Under the pieces are notes generated by a model. It was not told the origin of the DNA, made no database searches, and saw nothing but the letters and a program-made list of their open reading frames with translations. Of a stretch of 64,000 bases of DNA, positions 57,562 through 64,000 are shown in pieces. Position 1 is the stretch's first letter, and the number at the start of each line of letters is the position of its first letter. Origin of the DNA: an uncultured virus (IMG/VR IMGVR_UViG_3300023176_003360) (lineage: Duplodnaviria > Heunggongvirae > Uroviricota > Caudoviricetes); the IMG/VR virus record IMGVR_UViG_3300023176_003360, one strand, 5' to 3'. The translations under genes were made by a program, and so were the position numbers.

Positions 57562-58887
57562 CTAATCGTCTTGGATGACTGTTAATGAACAGCCTGCGGC
57601 AACGTAACACGTACCGCTTGTGGTGCTACCATCGCTCATCGAATGTGGTAGACTGTATTCTTTGTCTGTAGTGCCTTTTTGATTTAAATTAAAATCCCAA
57701 GCACCCCCTCCGTTTTCTAACTCTATAGTTGCGTCATGACTGCCACTACCCTCTTGTACGATTGTAGCATTATGACCGTCACCTATTAGGTCAAGTTGTA
57801 GATAGTGCTGTCCACTATCTTTTTGTATTACATCAACCGTGTTTGAATTACCATCAACACCTATAAATGCTGTTTTGCTTCCACTGCCTGTTTGTAGTAA
57901 ATCCAGTGTGTTTGAATTACCGTCAATCACCACATCGCCAAAATGTGTTCCAACACCTGCTGTATCATTTTGATCAATATCAACTGTGTTGCTGTTTCCT
58001 ACAATAGTAAGTTCTAAGTAATGTTCAGCATCGTGTTGGTCAATATCTATTACGTTACTGTTACCTGTAACATTGACATGTGCTTCCATACCGTGTGCGG
58101 CTGTATCGCTTAGTTTACTAGAACGCTTTGTGCTTTGTGCGCCTGTTATACCTGATGAATACACAGGTGTTACACTTGAACTACTAGATGTATACAGGCC
58201 TTCTTCTTCTGCCACCGTTGTGAGGAACACGGTCATATTAGAAGTGTTTTGTATATTGGTTTGAAACTGATCATATCCCATAGCAACTATTATGCTACCA
58301 CCGTTGGAGCCATAGTCCCATTTGTACCAAGTGTGCCAACTACTGCCTGAGGAGTTGGATGCCATTGCTGTTCCGCCCGTGGCGTTAAACACTTGCCCTG
58401 CTCCTGGTAATACTTCTTGAGATGCTGTGGCGTAATCTCCCACTGACATACTATAGTAACACAGATCAGTGCTACAGGTGCCGGTGTGGTAGGACATGGT
58501 TCCCACGTTCATCTTGCTTTCAATCAGTGTCTCGATGTTGCTCTGTCTGTTGGAGGCTCCTTGTGGTGCGGCTATGATTAGTTTGCCACCACCACTAACA
58601 TATGAGTCATACACTGAACGACAGGTGCTACCACAGTTGGAGTTGCCTGCTATGTCAATCACCAGTTCCTTGCCTGACACATCACTTGAACTCACTGTTG
58701 TCGAGGTGCTACCCGTAACTGTGAAACCTAATCCTTCATAATGCGACTTTAGACGACTGTATTCAGCACCAGTGTCTGTTGAGTTATAGTAGATGAATAG
58801 ATCATTGGCCCACACAGGTGTAGCAAATAGCAAGAACAATACGCTACTGATTTTGAATAATGTTGATCTCAACACTTGATCCTCCAT
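57562..58887 (-). CDS. Secreted protein with C-terminal curlin-like repeats
   Basis: Signal peptide, globular N-domain, repeated GNSN.(V/L)D(I/L/V).Q units. Exact start uncertain. Confidence 0.75.
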   Translation of the reverse strand: MEDQVLRSTLFKISSVLFLLFATPVWANDLFIYYNSTDTGAEYSRLKSHYEGLGFTVTGSTSTTVSSSDVSGKELVIDIAGNSNCGSTCRSVYDSYVSGGGKLIIAAPQGASNRQSNIETLIESKMNVGTMSYHTGTCSTDLCYYSMSVGDYATASQEVLPGAGQVFNATGGTAMASNSSGSSWHTWYKWDYGSNGGSIIVAMGYDQFQTNIQNTSNMTVFLTTVAEEEGLYTSSSSSVTPVYSSGITGAQSTKRSSKLSDTAAHGMEAHVNVTGNSNVIDIDQHDAEHYLELTIVGNSNTVDIDQNDTAGVGTHFGDVVIDGNSNTLDLLQTGSGSKTAFIGVDGNSNTVDVIQKDSGQHYLQLDLIGDGHNATIVQEGSGSHDATIELENGGGAWDFNLNQKGTTDKEYSLPHSMSDGSTTSGTCYVAAGCSLTVIQDD

Positions 58888-59959
58888 TAATTATTATTTC
58901 AGCAGGTACGTTGTCCTGTGTTATGTTTAGATTCACATTGCCGTCACGCTCTGTATTAATATCTGCTATGTGTGGAACACGTTCCGAACGAACAAAGACG
59001 CCTTGTTCGTTGTAGTAACTTTGATTTTTAATCCAAGGATACTTGTTGATTGTAGGAAGTACACCATCAAATTCTTCCATAGCATCACCAAGATCACCTT
59101 TGGTTAAGTCTAGCAAGTTATCTAAGAAATCACCACCATATTGATCTCTATCTAGTTCATTTTTTTCTAATTCGTCATTTGCTAACAGGTCTTTCATTAG
59201 TTCGTCAAATTCTAACAAGTCTATATCTAAAAAACTTGATGTAGTTTGTTCTTCGTCACTGGTTTGAAATCCTTTTGGAAACTGATAAGGTGGACTAATA
59301 ATAAGCAGATTGCTCAGTGTTGGCTTGTCAGTAAGTATTTTTGGTTTTGAAGGACGAGCAAAGGCGCTGGATACGACAGTACTTTCGTAAGGGCGATTCA
59401 TAATAACGTATCCAGCACCAGTGCTGACCATGATTTCACCTACGGGGCAATTATTTTCGTCGTCTTTGTTTTCTATAAGACCAAAGTCGGGGCATGAAGG
59501 GAGGAGCGTAACCATACTTTGTCCTATTTCATTTACAACCATTGCGAAGTCAGTACCACGTACTGACACGGTTGCTGTAGGTGTTCTAAGACGAACGTTT
59601 TCGGGGTTATTTTTAGCGACACCACCACTCGCATAACGCACAGTTCCCATCGCAACAGTCATAGCCAATTTACCCGTTTGAGCATTTGGGTTATAAGCAA
59701 ATTCGTCGATGATAAACTGTGATCCTTCTATCACTGCTACCTTTGTGTTGTCTTCAAAGGTTAGTGCTAGTTTTGTGTTTTTAGTTTCAATAGCATCATT
59801 CATTTCAAGGCCCACACCCTTTTTGGCCGTAAGGGTATCCTTGTCCCGATACAATGAGGCGTCAGGACCTTGTTGCTCTGTGATAGAGCCAATCTCTGCA
59901 AAAGCAGAGGTTATGAACAGTAGACTACAGACCGTCGCCCTGAGTAATGTTGATCTCAT
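58844..59959 (-). CDS. FecR-domain periplasmic protein
   Basis: D.I.T, F.D.T, G.VRYASG, TPTATVSVRGTDF. Confidence 0.85.
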   Translation of the reverse strand: MRSTLLRATVCSLLFITSAFAEIGSITEQQGPDASLYRDKDTLTAKKGVGLEMNDAIETKNTKLALTFEDNTKVAVIEGSQFIIDEFAYNPNAQTGKLAMTVAMGTVRYASGGVAKNNPENVRLRTPTATVSVRGTDFAMVVNEIGQSMVTLLPSCPDFGLIENKDDENNCPVGEIMVSTGAGYVIMNRPYESTVVSSAFARPSKPKILTDKPTLSNLLIISPPYQFPKGFQTSDEEQTTSSFLDIDLLEFDELMKDLLANDELEKNELDRDQYGGDFLDNLLDLTKGDLGDAMEEFDGVLPTINKYPWIKNQSYYNEQGVFVRSERVPHIADINTERDGNVNLNITQDNVPAEIIINGGSSVEINIIQNQ

Positions 59960-60608
59960 TGCCTGTACCGTCTATTGTTAGGTCCACTACTCCTGATTCC
60001 GTTGTACTATCTTGTGTTATGTTAACTATGTTGCTGTCACTGCCTGCTGTGGTTCCACCGATGCTTACTTTAACTTCTGTAGTTCCATCAGTACCTGTGA
60101 TACCGCTTCTGCCAATAGCAATTTTGTTACTGTCAGATGAGTTAGCAATGTCAATGTCTACGCCAATGTAGTCCTGACTCATATCAGTTCCACACACAGC
60201 ATCTGTTACACTGCTTGCCGCTGTTGTTACTGTTCCACAAACATCTACTTTGTTACTAGAACCAACCACGTTTACATCAATTGCTGGGTCACTAACTGAA
60301 CCTAAATCAATATTAAGTTCGTTGCTAGAACCATCTTGTACAACATCAATGTCTGGTGCTGTTGTTGATGATCCTGTTTCGATGTCAACGGTGTTGCTTG
60401 ATCCGTCTTGTGAAATGTCGATATCGGCGCTAGATCCGTTAATGGTTGTTCTTTCACTTGAACTACCTACACGGTTTCCATCACCTTGTTGTGTTATGTC
60501 AATAGTCGAAGATGAACCTGCTTGATCAAGATATACATCAGCCGCTTTAGCCGTTGTTACTCCTATCATTAATGTTATCATCGCTATCCAAGTTATCTTG
60601 TTTAGCAT
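59925..60608 (-). CDS. Curlin-like (CsgA/CsgB-type) repeat protein
   Basis: Signal peptide (AKA-A), repeats I.I.Q.G..N. AAGGAG RBS before the ATG at 60608. Confidence 0.75.
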   Translation of the reverse strand: MLNKITWIAMITLMIGVTTAKAADVYLDQAGSSSTIDITQQGDGNRVGSSSERTTINGSSADIDISQDGSSNTVDIETGSSTTAPDIDVVQDGSSNELNIDLGSVSDPAIDVNVVGSSNKVDVCGTVTTAASSVTDAVCGTDMSQDYIGVDIDIANSSDSNKIAIGRSGITGTDGTTEVKVSIGGTTAGSDSNIVNITQDSTTESGVVDLTIDGTGNEINITQGDGL

Positions 60609-61515
60609 TTTCTCGCTCCTTTTGATCTGCCCCTTGCACGACAGACGTTTGTTTAAATTCGAAAGGCTCACTCAATTTCCAGTAACCCTTTCGTTCCCCC
60701 TCTTTGATCACTTCTACTACCGCTTGATCAATTGCCGCCCTCACAGCATAACCAACCGGTTCATTAATAGTGTGACCTGCTTCTATTTCTGCCGCCTGTG
60801 TACCCATATCAAAGAATCTAAAGAACGTAAAACTATTACCTGTGCTTAGTATTGTTTTGGTAGTGCTTACTGTTATTATTACTTCTCCTGTGGTAACTGC
60901 GACAACTCGCATACTAACTGTCACAACATCTTGTCTATATTGTGTACTAGGACCAATACCTAGGTATCTTGCTCCGGCCCCGCCTGTTAGTATATTGCTA
61001 TCATAGCCTGTGATGCCTCCCTCCACTATCATACCTGCCTGCATCAATGGCGGTAGTGGTTTATCCTTACACTGTATCGTATCAGGATTAATGCCCTTCT
61101 CTTGGGCTAGTTTTGCTTTTTCTTTTTCACAAGCATCTTCAGCAAACTGCTGTCTTGCTTGTCTTATAATCTGTCTTTCTTTAGTAAGACTGTCGAGGTT
61201 TACACGTTCAACAACTGTGAACCACTCGCCTTTTCCTACATCTTGTAGTGCGTTTATCACCCAAGCATCTGCGCCTTGTGTAACTGCGTAACTGATATTA
61301 CTGAACTTTTCACCTGGTTTACGCTGTCCTGTTAGATCCTTAAAACTGTAAACAGCAACCACAACTTTTCCACGTTCTGGTTTTGGAACAGCATCAAAGT
61401 CGCTTACCATGCTGGGCTCAATTGCTTTAGGCAGTTCAGGTTTATGTACAGGTTGCATGGTAGCACACCCTGTAACCAAGGCAAGTGTTAATAATAAAGT
61501 TGCTATAAGTTTCAT
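60547..61515 (-). CDS. csgG: Curli secretion channel CsgG
   Basis: Lipobox VTGC, VAVYSFKDLTGQRK, AVTQGA, WFTVVER..L..L.KERQII, GGAGARYLGIG, NEPV. Confidence 0.93.
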   Translation of the reverse strand: MKLIATLLLTLALVTGCATMQPVHKPELPKAIEPSMVSDFDAVPKPERGKVVVAVYSFKDLTGQRKPGEKFSNISYAVTQGADAWVINALQDVGKGEWFTVVERVNLDSLTKERQIIRQARQQFAEDACEKEKAKLAQEKGINPDTIQCKDKPLPPLMQAGMIVEGGITGYDSNILTGGAGARYLGIGPSTQYRQDVVTVSMRVVAVTTGEVIITVSTTKTILSTGNSFTFFRFFDMGTQAAEIEAGHTINEPVGYAVRAAIDQAVVEVIKEGERKGYWKLSEPFEFKQTSVVQGADQKERENAKQDNLDSDDNINDRSNNG

Positions 61516-61977
61516 TTAAAAAGCAAAGTCCCCAACAGGTGTTTCAAACTCACTTGCTAGATTTCCATTACTGTCGTAGATCTCAACATAGATTACACCA
61601 TTCTCTCTTTTCCATTTGATAGTATCACCAAATGGTGTTTCACTTTCTGCCCATTGACCGTCTACTATATCGCCGCCTTCGCCAAACAGGCTATCAGCAA
61701 TATTCTTAGATAATTGAGCATAAATTCTTGATTCTAGGTTGTTTTTGAACTTGTACATATTGGTGCTCTTTTCTTCACGCTCTGCTTTGTCAATTGCGGC
61801 TTGAGCATCCTCTTTGTTTTTGTCTTTTCTTTGTTGTTCAAGTTGATGTATTGTAAGAACGTGTGTGCTATATCCTTGTCCACTGAAACTCGGGCTCTTA
61901 AAATCGTGTGTCAATTCGCCAGAGAAAGCGGTTGTAGCAAACATCATGGTTACAATAATTGTGCTAATTTTATACAT
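61516..61977 (-). CDS. csgF: Curli assembly protein CsgF
   Basis: Signal peptide then ELTHDFKSPSFSG, and F..NLESRIYAQLS. Confidence 0.85.
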   Translation of the reverse strand: MYKISTIIVTMMFATTAFSGELTHDFKSPSFSGQGYSTHVLTIHQLEQQRKDKNKEDAQAAIDKAEREEKSTNMYKFKNNLESRIYAQLSKNIADSLFGEGGDIVDGQWAESETPFGDTIKWKRENGVIYVEIYDSNGNLASEFETPVGDFAF

Positions 61978-62062
61978 TCCTCGCTCCTATTCGCATGTAT
62001 TTACCGTTAAATCAGACGAACTGACACTAATATACTATTATTTACGGGAGGAGAAAATATAA

Positions 62063-62452
62063 TTAAATTGGAGTATTATGAACTTGTAGTTCTTCTAAAC
62101 CGTGTTCACGATCGATATATTTGGTATCAACCTTGATAGGTTTGTACTGCTGTAACCATGCTAACACTATTTGTGGATCAAAAGGTCCACAGGTATAAAC
62201 GTCAAGTTGAATTATAGCAGGATCGCATTCGTCCCACGTGTGCATTACAATGTGTGAAGTTTCTATGATTGCGGCAACTGTTAGTCCTCTGTTACCGGGC
62301 ATGGTCACATACTTTGCATATGGACCCATAAGCAGTTTCATGCCTATGCGATCTATCAGATCTTTAACGTGTTCGCTTGCTAGTTTTTCTACTGTGGGCG
62401 GATTTAGCACTTCCGCTCTAATAATAACATGTTTGTGCACCAACGGCTCCAT
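62063..62452 (-). CDS. speD: S-adenosylmethionine decarboxylase proenzyme
   Basis: IIETSHI..HTW, LDVYTCG. Confidence 0.85.
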   Translation of the reverse strand: MEPLVHKHVIIRAEVLNPPTVEKLASEHVKDLIDRIGMKLLMGPYAKYVTMPGNRGLTVAAIIETSHIVMHTWDECDPAIIQLDVYTCGPFDPQIVLAWLQQYKPIKVDTKYIDREHGLEELQVHNTPI

Positions 62453-62495
62453 TAACAAGTACCAGATCTATTTATGATCAAGGTCATAAAATAGA

Positions 62496-62579
62496 TGGTG
62501 CTCTAGGAGAGATTCGAACTCTCACGCCTTGCGGCACTGGTTCCTAAGACCAGCGTGTCTACCGTTCCACCACCAGAGC
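62496..62579 (-). tRNA. tRNA-Leu(TAG)
   Basis: Loop CTTAGGA, long variable arm, CCA. Confidence 0.93.
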
Positions 62580-62580
62580 A

Positions 62581-62656
62581 TGGTAGTCCGTAGGGGAATC
62601 GAACCCCTCTTTCCGCCGTGAAAGGGCGGTGTCCTAAACCGATAGACGAACGGACC
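62581..62656 (-). tRNA. tRNA-Glu(TTC)
   Basis: Loop CTTTCAC, CCA. Confidence 0.93.
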
Positions 62657-62660
62657 ATAA

Positions 62661-62722
62661 TCTAGTGCTTTAGAACTTGACAGGTAAACCATGAATCGCT
62701 GTTCTACAGTTTTAGCACTAGA
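62661..62722 (-). ncRNA. Candidate hairpin small RNA in the tRNA-Glu 5' leader
   Basis: Outer stem TCTAGTGCT/AGCACTAGA, inner stem TAGAAC/GTTCTA, 24-nt loop. Confidence 0.5.
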
Positions 62723-62763
62723 ATAATAGTTAACAGTACACTCTTTCGAGCATACTGTCAACC

Positions 62764-63285
62764 TTATTTTATCCTCAACTCCTCTATGTTTATAGGAGTA
62801 AAGTTAATTTGTTCCACACAAACACACCTGTGATTTGGTGTAGGACTAGGGTTAGTGTGTATGTGTCCATGCACGTTAACCATTTTGGTGTCCTTGAACC
62901 TACCTTCACCCAATGTGCTGTTGTGTACAGGAACGTGTGTTAAAAGCAATCCAAACTCTGGAAACATTCTCCACACGTCAATTTTAGCAACCAACTCGTG
63001 TTTAGCAAAGAACTTGGCATCATCGTGGTTGCCCAATATCAAACGCTTTTGACCGTTAAGTCTTTTCCAAAGCGTCTTGAATGTGTCCTTGTTGCCAAAG
63101 AACACGTCACCCAAGTGATACACTTTGTCGCCAGGTTTCACAACACTGTTCCAGTTGTCCACCATGGTTTCATCCATGTGTTCTACACTGTCAAACGCAC
63201 GAACAGGCTTGCCATCACTATCCTTAAAGGTCAAGATATTGCTGTGCTGAAAGTGCGTGTCGCTTATTACCCATATGTTTCTCAT
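62764..63285 (-). CDS. Calcineurin-like metallophosphoesterase
   Basis: SDTH, GD, GNHD, H, HGHIH. Confidence 0.9.
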   Translation of the reverse strand: MRNIWVISDTHFQHSNILTFKDSDGKPVRAFDSVEHMDETMVDNWNSVVKPGDKVYHLGDVFFGNKDTFKTLWKRLNGQKRLILGNHDDAKFFAKHELVAKIDVWRMFPEFGLLLTHVPVHNSTLGEGRFKDTKMVNVHGHIHTNPSPTPNHRCVCVEQINFTPINIEELRIK

Positions 63286-63303
63286 GTATCACCTCTTATA
63301 AAT

Positions 63304-63377
63304 TGGAGTGGACGACAGGAATCGAACCTGTATGGATGGATTTGCAATCCACTGCGTAACCATTCCGCCACGCCCAC
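63304..63377 (-). tRNA. tRNA-Cys(GCA)
   Basis: Loop TTGCAAA, U73, CCA. Confidence 0.92.
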
Positions 63378-63380
63378 AAA

Positions 63381-63450
63381 GTGGAGACCTTTCTCGAGGG
63401 CGCCTCCTATTCCCGCCTGATCTTATATGTAGGGGCTCAGGCCTAACCAC
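63381..63450 (-). ncRNA. Candidate structured spacer RNA between tRNA-Trp and tRNA-Cys
   Basis: GC-rich. GCCTGA/TCAGGC hairpin and GGAGGC...GTCTCC hairpin. Confidence 0.35.
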
Positions 63451-63470
63451 GTTTATACTCGTACCCTATT

Positions 63471-63544
63471 TGGCACCGGAACAAGGAATCGAACCTCAGT
63501 TTGCGGTTTTGGAGACCGTCGTGTTACCACTACACCATTCCGGC
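63471..63544 (-). tRNA. tRNA-Trp(CCA)
   Basis: Loop CTCCAAA, CCA. Confidence 0.93.
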
Positions 63545-63546
63545 TT

Positions 63547-63586
63547 AAAAACAAAAAACCCCCGTAAGCATTTCTACTTCGGGGGT
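63547..63586 (-). terminator. Attenuator terminator directly upstream of tRNA-Trp
   Basis: ACCCCCG/CGGGGGT stem followed by TTTTTGTTTTT. Confidence 0.85.
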
Positions 63587-63611
63587 CTAAATCTTGTTGT
63601 TGAAACAATTC

Positions 63612-63680
63612 CTACAAGATACCCCCTGGTGGTTCATAGCACCAAATACAAATGTCATTATGTAGAGTCTGTGTATTCAT
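63612..63680 (-). CDS. Putative attenuation leader peptide MNTQTLHNDICIWCYEPPGGIL
   Basis: 22 codons, TAAGGA RBS. Its 3' end can pair with the 5' strand of the terminator. Confidence 0.7.
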   Translation of the reverse strand: MNTQTLHNDICIWCYEPPGGIL

Positions 63681-63708
63681 TGTTTCGCTTTCCTTATTAA
63701 CTATATTT

Positions 63709-63737
63709 ATAATACTATCTGTTTGTGGTCTTGTCAA
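63709..63737 (-). promoter_or_regulatory. Sigma70 promoter of the leader-tRNA operon
   Basis: TTGACA-17 nt-TATTAT, overlapping TATAAATA. Confidence 0.8.
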
Positions 63738-63975
63738 CCAGAAAAGACTTAATTTTTTCAAAATTTTTCGCAGTCTGTTCTTTACCTGACTGCCAGTTTG
63801 TTTTTTGAAACTGTTTAATGTCTTCCCATTCGTTTGTTGCCCAGTTACCTATTGCTTGAGGTCTTTCGTTTAACCAAGTCCCAAACGAATTTAGTTTTGT
63901 TTGTAACTGTATGCTTACAGGTTTCTTTTCTGGTAACACTGTATTTGTTTCATTAGCCACAGCATTATTATTCAA
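63715..63975 (-). CDS. Hypothetical protein (start probably beyond the window)
   Basis: Open frame that appears to continue to the window edge. Confidence 0.5.
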   Translation of the reverse strand: MNNNAVANETNTVLPEKKPVSIQLQTKLNSFGTWLNERPQAIGNWATNEWEDIKQFQKTNWQSGKEQTAKNFEKIKSFLVDKTTNR

Positions 63976-64000
63976 TACAATACCTATTAGTACACCTATC

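Noticed and set aside
62661..62722. CIRCE-like TTAGCACT half-site
   Set aside because: The orientation and spacing do not fit TTAGCACTC-N9-GAGTGCTAA, and it is not upstream of chaperone genes.
63381..63450. tmRNA or a tenth tRNA
   Set aside because: It has no tag reading frame, D/anticodon arms or CCA end. Kept only as a candidate ncRNA.
1..64000. CRISPR array, DGR, integrase or transposase
   Set aside because: By eye I saw no regularly spaced direct repeats and no RT, recombinase or transposase motifs.
1..64000. Stop-codon reassignment
   Set aside because: Conserved genes are full length in the standard code, all three stops are used, and no suppressor tRNA was found.

Overview
This 64-kb window is part of a large, AT-rich, T4-like/jumbo myovirus genome, probably of an aquatic Gram-negative host. 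Genes are densely packed, almost all on the minus strand, and read with the standard genetic code. From left to right it carries: putative head proteins; a proteostasis block (ClpA, peptide deformylase, DnaJ, with GroES and two ClpPs further on); a lysis cassette (EF-hand holin-like protein, i/o-spanins, GH108 endolysin); PhoH, ferredoxin, a SutA-like protein, clamp loader, a PiT-like transporter, MazG and an isolated DnaE fragment; baseplate and tail-fibre genes; Fe-S, oxidative-stress and UV-repair genes (IscA, SufT-like, SodC, UvsE); sugar/LPS and queuosine genes (PMM, glycosyltransferase, KdsA, QueD, two AspH/LpxO-like hydroxylases); nine tRNAs; and a curli-type locus (CsgF, CsgG, two curlin-repeat proteins) linked to FecR, an outer-membrane beta-barrel protein and a CHASE2 cyclase. 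The most striking signals are non-coding. (1) An apparent ribosome-mediated attenuator (22-aa leader peptide with terminator/antiterminator) lies directly upstream of a tRNA cluster, and its leader codons match the downstream tRNAs. (2) A 3'-UTR hairpin displays a perfect 20-nt antisense copy of its own gene's ribosome-binding region, and a similarly built second hairpin lies in the tRNA-Glu leader. (3) Two tRNAs are unusual: Ser(ACT), and a long-arm Ile(TAT) carrying a second GAT loop; a TadA-like deaminase lies between them. (4) A fixed TAAATA-N5-ATG leaderless architecture recurs at ten genes. All family calls come from motif recognition by eye, not database searches.
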